Source of the DNA: Octopus vulgaris | Lineage: Eukaryota | Reading direction: 5' to 3' | Assembly (NCBI GenBank): GCA_951406725.2 | Contig: OX597825.1 | Location: forward strand, 64,046,001-64,110,000 | DNA length: 64,000 nt | Shown: positions 13,814 to 27,889 of the stretch, piece after piece | Layout of the letters: each line of letters opens with the position of its first letter | Position numbering within the stretch: position 1 is the stretch's first letter | The notes under the pieces: model-generated | What the model was told of the DNA's origin: nothing | The model's input: only the letters and a program-made list of their open reading frames with translations | Database searches by the model: none | Translations under genes and position numbers: made by a program

Positions 13814-15853
13814 TAGTGAAAAACTAGAAAGGTAACGGTTCACTGGGAAGAATACACAAAATCGAAACATAAGGATAATTTTCTCCCTTACATCCCAAAA
13901 TGATAAAACTGACATTATGCCAATGATGTCTTTACCTCACAAGTTATTTATATGGAAATACGCGATACATCATTAGATGCGCAAACGATAAATTTAATTT
14001 ATTCATGACGGTTCTTTTATACTTTTACAATCGGAGTTCGGGGTTTTATGGCTTTTATTTTCACATTTCTCTGACAGTGGATACACTATGAATTATTAAA
14101 CAGAAAATTATTGTCTATTTTAACGCCGTCACTAAAGCATGACTTCGCTTGGTCGCTTAAATATCACCTGCTTTTGAGTTACTGACGAACAACATTATCT
14201 ACCATTGTGTATAGCACAATGGCTTATTTTACCTGTAACAAGATGATTCATTACCAGACGCACCTGTTATTACCTGGCTTCAGTATTGAGTTAAAAATTC
14301 GATTGGAGTGTTACTTTCGGTAGACTAGTATGGTATAAGTTTGACGATCCTTCAGTTTAATAAAAATGTTTTGCATATCATTGTGAATGTCGAGAGACAA
14401 TATCACAGATATTATCTAAGAAATACACACATTGCTTGCTAATTTATTAAAGAGTCCTAATATATAGACAATGTAATAGAATGAACTATACATCTTTCGG
14501 TATGATAGTTTTTAGAGAAAATAAATGGTCGACTGCTAAAATAAAACTGTGCGAACGAAAAAATTATAAAACTATAATAAAATAAAACTAAAATATACAA
14601 CATTAACTAAAATATACTTACACTTAATTGATCAAAACAAAGTTCTTTGACATGTTTATTTTAGAATTTCTTGTGGGAAAAACAATTTTGCTAATTATGT
14701 ATATCGTATGAAGATATAGTATCAAAAGACGTGTGATGCATATTGTCTCTTTCGGTTTATTAAGAGACTGAGAAAAATATAAACGAAATAAAATATGTAA
14801 ATGGCTTTTATGAAGTTCTGCTTTATTGGAACTGCAGTCAACAGGGAGTAGAGTGGAAGTGACTAAAGTTAAACATCAAAGAGCATATAACCTACTGCTT
14901 CTAGTCACCGTTCAATGACTATTTTTTATTAGTTTCCTGAAATACAAAATTTACATGAAACTAGTGAAAAAAAAAAACATGACAAACTCTAAGAAGGAAC
15001 AGTTTTTTCCTGTTTAACATTTCGGACATTTTATATTCCAGTACTTTTTTATAGGAACAATTTAAATTATCTTCAAATGTTCAGTATTTCCTTGTTATCA
15101 CAATTTATTTAAACCTAAGGGTATGAGATTCACAGCAAATTAAAAGGTTGCTTTGTTTATGCTACAGTTGTCAGTCAAAGAGTTAATGGTTGACATTATA
15201 TAATGTGTTGTATTCTGTCCCTGATGAAGAAAGAAAAACAAGCATTGATTCATTGTAACTAATAGTGAATAGTTATAGGCTGAAGATTTGCAGAGCCGTT
15301 ACAACGTTGGATATATTACATTGGAGTAATCGTTTTCGATCTTTATGCTGTAAGTTCAAATTTCAGGGACGTTAAATTATCATTACATTTCGGAATCGTT
15401 ACATATAATACCACTCCAGTATTACCATTGCTTCTATGTTTTTGCATTCTCTTTTAATATTTATGTGACTCTCTCCACCTGGAACAAATCGGATTGGGTA
15501 AGACTTGAGAAGAAATGAGCTCCGCCAAATATAAAAAGATGACCAAGATATGCCATATATCACGATAATGACTATGACTCGTTTAAAAATGCGAAGGCAG
15601 GCAAGAAAATAGTTAGTCGGAGAGGTGTATTTCAGAAACAGTTCTGCTTGCCCTATGGTTTCTTTATCAAGTCGAAATACGTGTCTTGTTGTTTAGATGG
15701 GCAACAATAGCATGATACGGCTACTTTTCTCGTTACATCACATGTATGTTATGTATTTATGTATGATGTATGCATCATAGATACGTACTTGCGTAGATAT
15801 ATACATGCCTGAATGAAGACCGGACCCGCATGCCGCACACACACGCACACATG

Positions 15854-15891
<38 letters not shown>

Positions 15892-17107
15892 CAGGTATGC
15901 ATCTATAAATCTATTATAATCACAATGTTACAATGTAAAATTCAGTAAGGTGTAATATATTCTTAGCTGAATATAGATGAAAATAATGACGGTAAAATAT
16001 ATATCCATCACGGCTAAATTACAAAGCGATAGAATCAGAATAGCTCTAAAATACAATAACAATGTGTTTCAAAAACCTTAACTCATACAAACATATACCC
16101 ACTTCTCTACAGGAAGAAATTTCTGTTCGTTGGCCAAAGAATCGAATCGATATTTCTATATAGTTTGTGTGTATGATTCGAACAGACAAGTGTTTTCCTG
16201 GTGAAACCTGATGTGTGGGTCTTAGAAAAATATAATACCTATTAGTCAAAATGTATGATATTCTAGAATTCTGTCAGCAAGTCTCATAAATGATTACTTG
16301 TCACTTCCATTGATTTTGGTAATGTCTCTGAACTGACTTGGATCTGAAGTATTCTTGCTCCGAGAAATGCGATTACTCAATTCAAATCTACATTATACAA
16401 TCTCATATATAACACATATATTTGATTATACAACAATTTTTGTATTTCTGTTGTCCATTTTTATATCATTCCTTCTCAATGTCAGTATTCATGAGAAGTC
16501 TTTGATGTGTATAGACAAAATTCGAATTGGATCAGTAGATATGCAGAGAGTAGCAATACTTCAAAGGTGATAAAATTTCCTGAAACGTCTCTTGAGAAAT
16601 TTGACGCCTCTACGTTTGATATAAGATTAATTATTTACCAAAATTAAAGGATTCTTGCTGGTCGGCTGCTCATAGATCCCGTAGAATTTCTTCTCGTGCC
16701 TTCAAAATTATCATATTATGCAACAGCCCTGCTTTATTATCTATGCTCACAAACAAGAGAAAAAGACTAAATTGCCGGTTGACTATATTATTTATTGCAT
16801 TTCATCGACCTGTATGAATTTTATATTTTATCGCTTTTCAGTCAGCTACTTGCATCAATGATTCCGTGCTTTTTGTTGCTTCCAATAAATGTTGCAATTC
16901 TACAGCCACATATAATTCCAAAGCAGTTGTTAAACCATTGGGTAAATATATGAAAAGTGTTTGTGCAATAGATATGTTTTAGTAGCATTGTTGTAGCTTC
17001 TGAGATATTACATAAACATCTACAAAATACATTCGTACTTGGCCCAATTCCAATACATATACACGCACACACATACACGCGCATATATGCATAAATATAT
17101 TATGGAC

Positions 17108-17240
17108 ATTAATGGTTAGGGCATTGTACTCACGATAGCAAGATCGTGACTTCGATTCCCATTCAGTCGGTTCATTGAGTTCTTGAAGAAAACACTGCAT
17201 TTCAGTTTACCCCAATTCACTCAACTGAATATGGGTATCC
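17108..17240 (+). mobile_element. degenerate SINE family C relative with CORE-like segment
   Basis: taatggttagggcattgtactcacgat...ttcgattccc...attcactcaactgaatatgggta. Confidence 0.55.
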
Positions 17241-18205
17241 TGTTTATTGGGAATGTTGCCCTGCTAGCCTACCCACTGGAATTGCTCTTCATTCAAATGA
17301 CACAACAAAGATAAGGACCGCATTGTGTCCAGCGGCGTAGAATAAAATCCGCTAGTCTGGTTTAAACAATAACACGATGTCTATTTTGCTAGTGTGTGTG
17401 TAAACTGCGCCTAGAGTCACGAGAAAATATATTGGCATCAGTGCACCTGGAATGAAAACACCTCGAAATCATAAACAAGCGAGATTACTTGCATCAAGCT
17501 CCATTCAGGAGTGATAGACATAGATTTATTTTTCACTTGTCAATAGTGCGTACCCGAAACGAAGCCCGATCCAAGCTAAATTGCTGTCTATATGCATGAT
17601 AATACATGCAGATCTGAACATATATGCATACATACATACAAAAATACCCCGGTTGTTGCTGCTGAAATTCCAATGAAGGAGCCGTGGATCTAGTTTAGAA
17701 ACCGGTTCTTTCTCTATTGGCAAGAAATCTTGAATAAACTGAATAATGACATGCATAAATACATACATGCATACATATATACATACATGCATACATATAT
17801 ACATACATACATGCATACATACATACATACGTACGTACACGATACGTATTGCGTATGTGACCCGTGAGATATTTTGGCATCCGGCCTGTGGAATGTTTGA
17901 CTAACTGCATTAGTTTTAATAAACTGTCTTTTATCGAATTCTACAGAATGAAAGACAATAAATTTTGGTGGCATTTGAGCTCAGCACCTAAAGAGTCACA
18001 AATAATAACACTAAGCACTTTTCTTCTATTTTTCTTTCCGATGAAATAGTGATCCTCTTAGCTCTCCCCTGTAGTCATGTCAAATAATATCAGTGGTTAA
18101 TTATAAGTTTTTGCAAATCATTGAATTTACATTTTATGGATTCATAGAAATGTGTATATGTACCTTGTTTAGTTGCGTATCTTAAAATTATAATAAAGGT
18201 AAATA

Positions 18206-18570
18206 GGCAGAGGAGTGGCTGTGTGGTAAGTAGCTTGCTTCCCAACCACATGGTTCCGAGTTCAGTCCCCGTGCGTGCCTTCTACTGTCACCTCGGGCTG
18301 ACTGAAGCCTTGTGAGTGGATTTGGTAGACGGAAACTGAAAGAAGCTCATCGTCTATGTGTGTATGTTTATGTGTGGGTGTGTGTGTCTATGTTTGTCCC
18401 CCTACCATCGCTTGACAACCGATGTTGGTGTGTTTACGCCCCCTAACTTAGAGGTTCGGCAAAACAGACCGATAGATTAAGTACTAAGCTTCTTCTACAA
18501 AGAAGTCCTGGAGTCAGTTTGTTTGACTAAAGGCGGTGTTCCAGCATGACCGAAGTCAAATGATTGAAAA
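18206..18570 (+). mobile_element. SINE family A, near full length
   Basis: Colinear with 46247-46655. Confidence 0.88.
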
Positions 18571-18726
18571 AAAGAAATATAAACATCCAATTATTAGATA
18601 AGTTCATATTGCAATGATTTAATTTTGAATTCGTTCTCTGAAGATCAGACATTTATGAATTAACTGTTTTTACAAGACATAATTGTTGCTGTTTTTGTTG
18701 CTGCTATTGTTGCTGTTGCTGTTGAG

Positions 18727-19043
18727 CGAACGGTCTTCGTCCCAGAGATCGCGAGATGGGAAAAGTCTGAAACGTGGTTCTTTGCTATTCGTAAGACCCG
18801 CAGAAGAGAAAGCAGGTCAACCCCCGACACCGAGAGCATCGACGGATGGATGAATGTGCAGGAAGTCGGGGACAAGAAAGAAGAAGAAAGAGTGAGAGAA
18901 AGTTGGGGCGAAATAGTACAACAGCCTCGTGGAACTTTAGGTGTTTTTGCTCAATAAACACACACAACGCCCGGTCTGGGAATCGAAACCACGATCCTCC
19001 GACCGTGAGTCCGCTGCCCTAACCACTGGGCCATTGTGCCTCC
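18727..19043 (-). mobile_element. SINE family C with a distinct 3' tail
   Basis: Head is the reverse complement of 13611-13730; tail ...gatgctctcggtgtcggggttgacctgc... ends in (CAA/CAG)n. Confidence 0.85.
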
Positions 19044-19673
19044 TGCTGCTGCTTTTCCTTCAATCCTGTAAAAAGCAGTAAAAGCAGACCTCTGAATATT
19101 TTAGAATTATGTAATCAACATTTAATTTTTCAATACAGCATGGCGCAATTTTGGGGTGATTTGACTGTTATTTCAAGCAAGATAATTGTCTGGTTCATTG
19201 TTCCCTCCTTCTCTTATAGCAATCGTACTAACCAACTGTTTCAGGAAAATTACATCACAAACACTATAATTTCTTTTGACCAAATATCACAAAATGTTTG
19301 ACTTGTCTATCATTATAGATTCAATAAACGATATTCTAAATACATTTCCCTTGAACGTTCACTTCGATAGCAACCAATTTATTCGCTATGTTAAAAGCAA
19401 CATCAGTTCTTATTAGACTCATTGCCCCGTGTGTGCTTCTAGCTCACAAGGTAAAAGAACATTGAAGTATTTGTAGTTCCAGAATCTCTTGTACCAAAAA
19501 CTTGCGTGTGTTATAACGACATTTTGTTCCAAAATGGAAACTGTTCACACATGACGAGCAACAATTCGTCCAAATATCCAGGAACGTATAAAGAATACAT
19601 ATGTGATGAATGATATGGGCTTAAATACAATGACACACAGACATATGTAGATATGATATTATATATATATTAT

Positions 19674-19723
<50 letters not shown>

Positions 19724-19725
<2 letters not shown>

Positions 19726-20060
19726 TTGACATTAATTGTGACAGATAGTGCAGAGTGGAACCTACATTGCTAGAAATAAGGTGGGGGAACCCTTATAGCT
19801 GCAGGAAAAAAACATATCAATTCACTGACAGGGGAGTCACCATAGATGCCCTAAACGAAACTAGACTACTGTGCTCGCTCGCTTTGGGGCTGTTATCTCC
19901 CTACTCAGTACTCAGACTTGTGTTTACTATCGATATAAGGGCTTTTAGCTCTTTTTTCCTATCAATGTAGGCGCTACCCTGCATCGTCAGTGACAGTGAC
20001 AACTCAACTTTTCGTTTTTTGGTTATGTATTGCGTATAACAGCCTTCGTTATTTTTTTAT
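19724..20060 (+). mobile_element. (TA)n-embedded element distantly related to 27890-28150 and 57170-57390
   Basis: gaaactagac...ggggctgttatctccc...cttgtgt shared in order with the other copies; (TA)n on both sides. Confidence 0.4.
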
Positions 20061-20071
20061 GTATGTGTATA

Positions 20072-20320
<249 letters not shown>

Positions 20321-20392
20321 TATAATATTTTACTATAAAATTGGATTTAATCCTAAATCTGATTTTTTTCCTGTAAATTTGGATTTATTCCC

Positions 20393-20447
<55 letters not shown>

Positions 20448-21230
20448 GTGTGTGTGTGTGTATTCACGCGCTTCCAGCGACCGTATTGTAATTCACTCTC
20501 ACCTACCACCCGTCCATCCTCCCTCTAAAATACAAGCTCATCCACAACTTTCGCATTCATTTTCTCACCCAACAGCCACTCCTATAATTTCTCTTTCACT
20601 TTAGCTACCTGTGTTATTCTGCGTCCATTTCCAGTTGCATCCAAATTTCCAAGCTGAGAGGATGTAAACTCAGTTTGACTTTAGTTTGACTTTTGTGCAT
20701 GTATGTGCGTATGTAAATTTGTAGATGCGTATGCATACGTGCATGCCTATACGCATGTATGTATATACTATGGACTTATGTATGTATGTGAGTATTTAGG
20801 TATTTAAGCGTGTAGACATGTCTGTGTATACGTGCATGTAAATGTGAAGGTATGTTTATGTACCGATATGTGTGTCTGTTCAAGTTGTATACATGGTTGT
20901 TGCTCTGTCGAAGGTTGTACATACACACGCACACACACACACACACACACACACGCACATACACATACATATATATATTTGTATACGCACACACAAACAT
21001 ATGTTTGTATGTGCGTGCGTGTGTCCTTCTCACCACCGTCTAACGGTAAATGGATACAATGTCTTAGATACATACAAGCAAATATAAACCTACCTATACA
21101 TATATACAAGCACACACAATCATATAAACACGTATACACACTGACAGTATATACGTATAATCTTAAAGTATACACATATATACGGTTATCCATCTACACA
21201 TATATATGTCACTATTTTCGCAGACAATGG

Positions 21231-22100
21231 TTAAAATTCGAATTTACTGTTGAGGGTGGGTTTGTATTTCTGTATACAGACCTTTACAGTGACTTGTCTC
21301 AGCTTTGCATCAGTGGGATGAGTAGATAAGATATCTAACTTAAGGCTCCCTAAAGAACCATTGTGACAGTCTACAGCATGCTGATAAAAGTTGGAGTTTG
21401 GTATCTTTTTCAATGTAGTTATCCAGGTGTTCTTTGAACCTATCATTGATGTTCCGGGGACAATCGTGCAAGTCCCTTCTTGGCACTTAATCTGGTATAC
21501 AGTGTTTTCTTTTTGCAGTTCATATGTGGGTTTATAGAACATTTATACTCATTTATATATTAACAAGGATCCCTATTTACTAATACACAAAACTGAATTG
21601 CAACGAATCATTAAATATAGTAATATGCTGGTTTTGTTGTAGTTTAACCCAAACATTGAATATCTTTTTAGACATTGTATTTACTAATTTCATTCTAAAT
21701 GCCATGGTGCAGCCTGGATTTGTTCTTCACACTGTGAAAAAATTGTCGTACCTTGTCCAAGATATTAAGATCTATACTCTAAATCCTTCCAACAATGGCC
21801 TTTCTACATTTCTTCTTTCTAATTATCGTGTATTTTATATTAAATTACACAATGTAGGCTTAGATATAAACGTTTTCGAGACGACACAGTATGGTTTGAG
21901 GAAATTTGGCAGTTTGTTCAGTCATTTTGTGGCAGTTATTTCTATCACGTTAGATATTAGATATTTGTTCTCTTGTTTCCTGTTTTTTATGAAATCTTTT
22001 TGTTAAGTTAGAAGATACTATGTTCGGTTCTATTTCTAAGATGCTAAGCGAGTTCTTAATGACTCATTCTTACTTCACAAAATAAGTTGCCTTCAGGTAA
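21231..22100 (-). pseudogene. decayed Penelope-like retroelement ORF 3' part with GIY-YIG endonuclease
   Basis: ORF 21231-21542: KENTVYQIKCQE...NSNFYQHAVDCHNG...LDILSTH...LRQV...IQKYKPTLNSK, typical of PLE GIY-YIG domains (VY.I.C, H, E..I...P.LN). The YIG segment appears lost or frameshifted; the upstream limit is uncertain. Confidence 0.7.
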
Positions 22101-23234
22101 ATATAATGCCAAAAGTGTCGTGTTTGATACAACGTTAATGTGATTAAAATAGAGAATGCATATCAGAGTATTGATATATAGACATGACCAGTGGACATTT
22201 TCGTGTGAAAACATATTTCGTCATAAGACTCATAAGCCAGGCCTGACCTTTAGTTATAAAAGAGTTCCAAATTTTACTTTCTAAATAACAAATCATGCTC
22301 AGGTACTTCTACTTGATTAGATACCTGAATTTGAAACTAAAATAGAATAACATTCTGTTTTAATACTGTGCGCAGATTTAGAACCAACGGGCAGAAAGTA
22401 AGCACGCGAGTAAATCTTATTTAATTATCAATCATTTAAATGAATTTAAGGAAAAAAATATTTCGTTCAATGAAATTGTAAATATATTTTGTGTAAATAA
22501 CAATGATAGCTATCACAAAGATCGCTTGTTAATTTAAACACTGCATTTAAGTTTTCTCAACAACGCATTCCCGCCTCAAACAATGCTATGAATAGTACAC
22601 ATACATACGTATGTACATACATACGTACACATAGAAAGATATATACACATGTGTGTATGTATTTGTGAGTGAGTGCGAGTCCGTATGCGTGCGTATGCGT
22701 GTATTTATGTATGTAGATATGCATGAATGTATGTGTGTATTTCTATAGAACATGTTTAGGATATATTTTTAGACAGTTAACTTCAAACTCTACGTCTATA
22801 AAAGTCGAGCATAATAAAATACAACAAGTAGATTAGTAAATAAAATTATCGACTAAAGTTTATAACAAGCAATAAATATTTTATTGTTATTCTAATTATA
22901 ATACTCCACATTAAAAGAACAGACAAAATTTAAAGCAAATAATTGTATATTTGTGCTTCGTTCTTTACTATTTTGTTTTCCAAGTTTACATTGCTTTAGA
23001 TTTTTATTTATTGATCTCTGTTGAATGTTGGTTTGTAATCTCTGATATTTAGCTGTAAATTCATTCTTTGAACAATTATTTAGAACAGAAATAATTTTCG
23101 AAAACTTTCTATGCACTTCGTCTTTCATAATATCATGTCTTCGACGCATAGATTTGGTGTCGGTTGCGTGTATACATGTGTAAATATGTACTTGCTTACC
23201 TATCGACGTCCGTATGTACATATATGCACGTGTG

Positions 23235-23556
23235 AAGGCTCGGAGTTTTGTGATTAGGGTTTACGTTTCACGATCGTAAGGTTACAAGTTCCATTACCGA
23301 GGATGCATTATGTCTTTGAGCAAAATACCTTATTTCATATTACTCCATTCCATTCAGCTTACAAAAATAAGTAATATCTGTATTTCAAAGAGCCAGACTT
23401 TTCAAATCCTGTATCACGCTGAATCTCCTACAGAACTACGGTAATTGTGCACGAGTCTCTGGGGTGCTCAGCCGTTTGCACATGAATTTTACGAACTGGG
23501 TGTTCCGTAGATCGTATCATTTCGAACCCTCGTCGTCGTAACCAACGGAGTGCCAA
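23235..23556 (+). mobile_element. SINE family C relative with tail ending ...ccctcgtcgtcgtaaccaacggagtgcca
   Basis: Degenerate tRNA head, CORE-like ctccattccattcagctt, then a long tail. Confidence 0.7.
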
Positions 23557-24463
23557 TTATATGCGTAGATATATAAATCCATATATTAAGAATAAGCTGT
23601 TACTCGCGAACGTCCATTGTTTGATATGTACAATCCTTTTGCTAAGTCTTTTGCTAATGCGTACATGCGGGTTAACATAGATATACCCTCGAATTTATTA
23701 TCCTTTGCCCAGGAGGCACATCCGGGATATAGCAGGCGGAGGAAAAATCTGCAACTAGTCGGCCGGTTCTTAATTACAGGTGAGAAAACTGGAGCATCGG
23801 GATAGAAGGTGACATGAGGAATGATGCATCACACCGTCCGGGTCAGGATTTGAACCCATTGAGTTAAGATCATAAGTCACATCCCATAGACACCAGGTAA
23901 CGTACAATTGATACGCATACATGCAAACACAAATACACAAACGCACAAACATACACGCATGCACATGTATATGCGTATTCACAGATACAGACACACACAT
24001 ACAAATACAGATACACAAATACAGACACACACAAACATATATATGTATGCGTATCAATTGTACGTTTCCTGGTGTCTATGGGATGTGACTTATGATCTTA
24101 ACTCAATGGGTTCAAATCCTGACCCGGACGGTGTGATGCATCATTCCTCATGTCACCTTCTATCCCGATGCTCCAGTTTTCTCACCTGTAATTAAGAACC
24201 GGCCGACTAGTTGCAAATTTTTCCTCGGCCTGCTATATCCCGGATGTGCCTCCTGGGCAAAGGATAATAAATCCGAGGGTATATATTTTAACCCGCATGT
24301 ACGCATTACCAAAAGGCTTAGCAAAAGGATTGTACATATCAAACAATGGACGTTCGCGAGTAACATCTTATTCTCAATATATGGATTTATATATCTACGC
24401 ATATAATTGGCACTCCGTTGGTTACGACGACGAGGGTTCGAAATGATACGATCTACAGAACAC
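23500..24463. repeat. long inverted duplication, arms ~420 bp (23500-23922 and 24043-24463), 120-bp CA-rich spacer
   Basis: Arms are reverse complements with about ten substitutions and one 2-bp indel by eye; mirrored ORFs 23770-24057(-) and 23908-24195(+) share their C-termini. Confidence 0.97.
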
Positions 24464-25087
24464 ACATACAAACACAGATACACAAAGAGAGAGAGAGAGA
24501 GACAGATAGAGAGAGAAAGAGAGGCAAACACACATACACATACATGCATATACAGACATACATACATATGTATGTATACACGTGTGAGAGTACGTGTATG
24601 ACTGTGAAGCCAGAAATGAATTTAATAATTGAAGAATTGTTGTTGCATGATATTCAACACACTTCTGTTTGCATATGTTGTTCATATAAATGCCAATGGC
24701 GCACCGACGTATTTCTTTTAGCTAAATTCTATTTTAAAATTATCTACAAACACTCGTGTAATAGCACACATTATAGTGATCATAAAGTTGACATCAGGTG
24801 GAAAGATGAACATATATTCTTTCAGAATGCAAAACCTGTAAGCATGGAGTACATGGAGGATGTATCAGTGCAATAAACCTCGGGAGATTTAGATACATAG
24901 AACGATTGGAAAACACTCATTTGCCCCAAACGAATACTCTATCGACAGTTATATGAGAAACCAAAGTTGATATCCACTCGCACAGAACTTCACTAAATCT
25001 AACACGAAGTGATTGTCGATCGATTTTTCCAGCTGTATTACAGGAATTGAAACTACAGGCAGAGATCAAGTCACTTCTGATAATACG

Positions 25088-25132
<45 letters not shown>

Positions 25133-25512
25133 TATGCAGAATTACTGTAATGATTTGATGCACAGACTGTGATAATACTGATGTCGTTGGCGGGGATATA
25201 TTTATAATAAAAATGCAGGCATATAATCACAGAAACACACACACACATACATGCATACATACACATGATATATACATATATATATACACACAACTGTATA
25301 CATATCTTTGATGTACGAATTTATAAACTCTGGAGAGAAACTGAAATACTTATTTTTGAAAACATCGAATCACAAAGCAACACATTGTAGTACAAATAAA
25401 AGCTGAAACTATTTTTTGGATAGAAACATACTAGTCATCGTACTACGTCACATTTACATGCTATAATTATGTGTGAGGAGGTGTTGTGTGGGTGTTAGGT
25501 GTTGTGTGTGCG

Positions 25513-25722
25513 CGGCGAGCTGGTGAAAACGTTAACATGCCCGGAAAATACCTAGCGGCATTTCATCAGTCCTAACGTTCTGAGTTCAAATTCTGCCGAG
25601 GTCGGCCTTTGAATATTAACATATTTGGAGCCGATAAAATAAGGAGCAGTTGAACACTGGAGTCATCTAATCGAATTACTCTTCACAAAATTGCTGGCGT
25701 TATGCCAAAAAATGCAGTCATT
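25513..25722 (+). mobile_element. SINE family B variant
   Basis: ggcgagctggtgaaaacgttaac...gttctgagttcaaattctgccgaggtcg... Confidence 0.75.
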
Positions 25723-26029
25723 ATATTTGTGTGTGTGCCTATATTTATTCATTTCTCTCTTCATTTCACTTCACTGTGTCCCTGTCCTTATTTCTTCTGT
25801 CCCTCTGCTTCTACCTCTCTCTCTTCTCTCCCCACGTGACCGGTGATCGGCCAAGCCTAACCTTTCTTTCTTTGTTAGGCCGTTATTAGTGCAACATGTA
25901 TATTCTTCCCTGTGCCTGTGTAATCTTGTATCCCTGCCCTAAGGCTTTACTTCCACACACGCCAGCTTAATTAAATTCGCCCTTAGTCAAAAGACACCTG
26001 ATGCAATGTCCTGTTATTTGTATTCGTGA

Positions 26030-26235
26030 AACTTTCTCCGTTTTTACCGTCCTTGTTTTCGTATACATTCGCTGCTTTTTTTCCAAGGAATCTAATGCTC
26101 TTAGCTTAGTTTTTTCCTTCGACGAGGCCAGATTGGAGCAATCTCGAGTATAATCAGCCAAAATTGCAAAGATAATCTGGAACTCGACTGGAGAAAAAGA
26201 ACTCCGAATGATCCGTCCTAGTTTTCTGTGTATCG
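26030..26235. mobile_element. repeat family F copy (opposite orientation to 12460-12695)
   Basis: ccttgttttcgtatacattcg...ttccaaggaatctaatgctcttagcttagtttttcctt...ggagcaatctcgag...cagccaaaattgc. Confidence 0.7.
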
Positions 26236-26469
26236 TTTTCGAGAGTAAATCAAAATTCCAATTGCGAATGTCTAATAATTGAATGCTGTCAGTTAAAATC
26301 ACCGTCTTTTAAACATTCGTCTATTTGATAGCGAAGTCGGATATAAAATAATTTTTGGTTTTAAATTTTGGAATTAAATGGTTTTGATTTACTGTCAGGT
26401 GATTTTCGCCGTAGATAAAATAGAAAAAAAATATATGTAATTATATATGTATGTGTATATATAAATATT

Positions 26470-26853
26470 ATTTTTCTTGTCTTTTTATTTGCTTCAGTCA
26501 CTTGTCTGTGACCATGCTGGAGCACCACTTTTAGTTGAACAAATCGACCCAAGACTTATTGTAAGACTAGCATTTATACTATCAGGAGCTTTTGCCTAAC
26601 CGCTAAGTTAGGGGGACGTAAACACACCAACATCGGTTGTGAAGCGATGATTGGGGACAAACAGATACATAAACATATATGCACACACACGCATATATAT
26701 ACCACAGAATTATTTCAGTCTCTGTCTAACAAATCCACACACAAGGCGTTGGTGGGCTTGAGGCTATAGTAGAAGATACTTGCCCAAGGTGCCATGCAGT
26801 GGGACTGAAACCGGAACAATGCGGTTGGTAAGCAAGCTACTTACCACACAGCC
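26470..26853 (-). mobile_element. SINE family A
   Basis: Reverse complement of the family A sequence. Confidence 0.85.
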
Positions 26854-26871
26854 ACATACATACACACACAC

Positions 26872-26926
<55 letters not shown>

Positions 26927-27149
26927 TATAAAAGTTTAAAAATTTATAAATTTAAGATTTTAAAAAATTATAAAAAATATAAAAATTTATAAATATAAAT
27001 AAAAAAGTTTTAATTTAAATAATTTAATTAAAAATTTTTATATTTTATAAATTTTGTATATTATATTAATTATATTCATTTTTATGTTTTGGTTTATGTT
27101 TTTCACTGTTTGATTTGCCTAATAGTGGGTTTTATCTCTAATTTTATGT

Positions 27150-27180
<31 letters not shown>

Positions 27181-27680
27181 ATACATATATATATACAAAT
27201 ATTTCTCTTTCTATTTATTTATTTATTTACTTATTTATATGTTTATCACACCGCATTAGAAGTTGTAAAGCTTCAGACACTGAAATTCTTGCAGGATTTC
27301 ACTTGAATCATGATGAGAGAAGGAAGTCTTACACTGAAACGTTGCTGAATGTTACATCGGCTCTCCTTTTATAACACTATAAATATTTCTTTTAAATCAA
27401 TTATCACTAATGCGTGATAAATAATATACACCAGCCCCCATCCCAATGCGGTAAGGGACTCCTCATTAATATATAGTTATAAATAATGTTAATTATCTTC
27501 TGCGGCTACGTTTAGTGCTACAGTAGAGATTCGGAAACACGCTTTAAATGTTTTTCCCAATACAACAAGCTATAAAAACACAGACATTAGGAAACAGTTA
27601 TGGTAACTTGTTGCACATGCTTCACAGGATTTATGTAAATCTTAACATAGATACTTTCGTACTTTAGCTAATTAGTAAAG

Positions 27681-27849
27681 TAGAAATATTATTATTTCTA
27701 AGTCTCTCTAAAATAGACTACGGCAGCGGTACTGAATATTAATAGCTATCGCCACGCTAATATGCCATATTAACTCGGCGATAATTATTAATATTCAGTA
27801 CTGCTGCCGTAGTCTCTTTTAGAGAGACTTAGAAATAATAATATTTCTA
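27681..27849. repeat. inverted repeat, 73-bp arms, 23-bp spacer
   Basis: tagaaatattattatttctaagtctctctaaaa...tatcgcc / ggcgata...ttttagagagacttagaaataataatatttcta, few mismatches. Confidence 0.93.
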
Positions 27850-27889
27850 TTTTTGAAAACCAATTGATGTATTCCACTGAATTTAGGTA

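Noticed and set aside
16600-17050. Possible Helitron PIF1 helicase remnant or exon
   Set aside because: Motif resemblance is marginal and no other helicase motifs were found.
26930-27075. Nearly pure A/T irregular tract after (TA)n
   Set aside because: Looks like low-quality base calling downstream of a TA run rather than biology.
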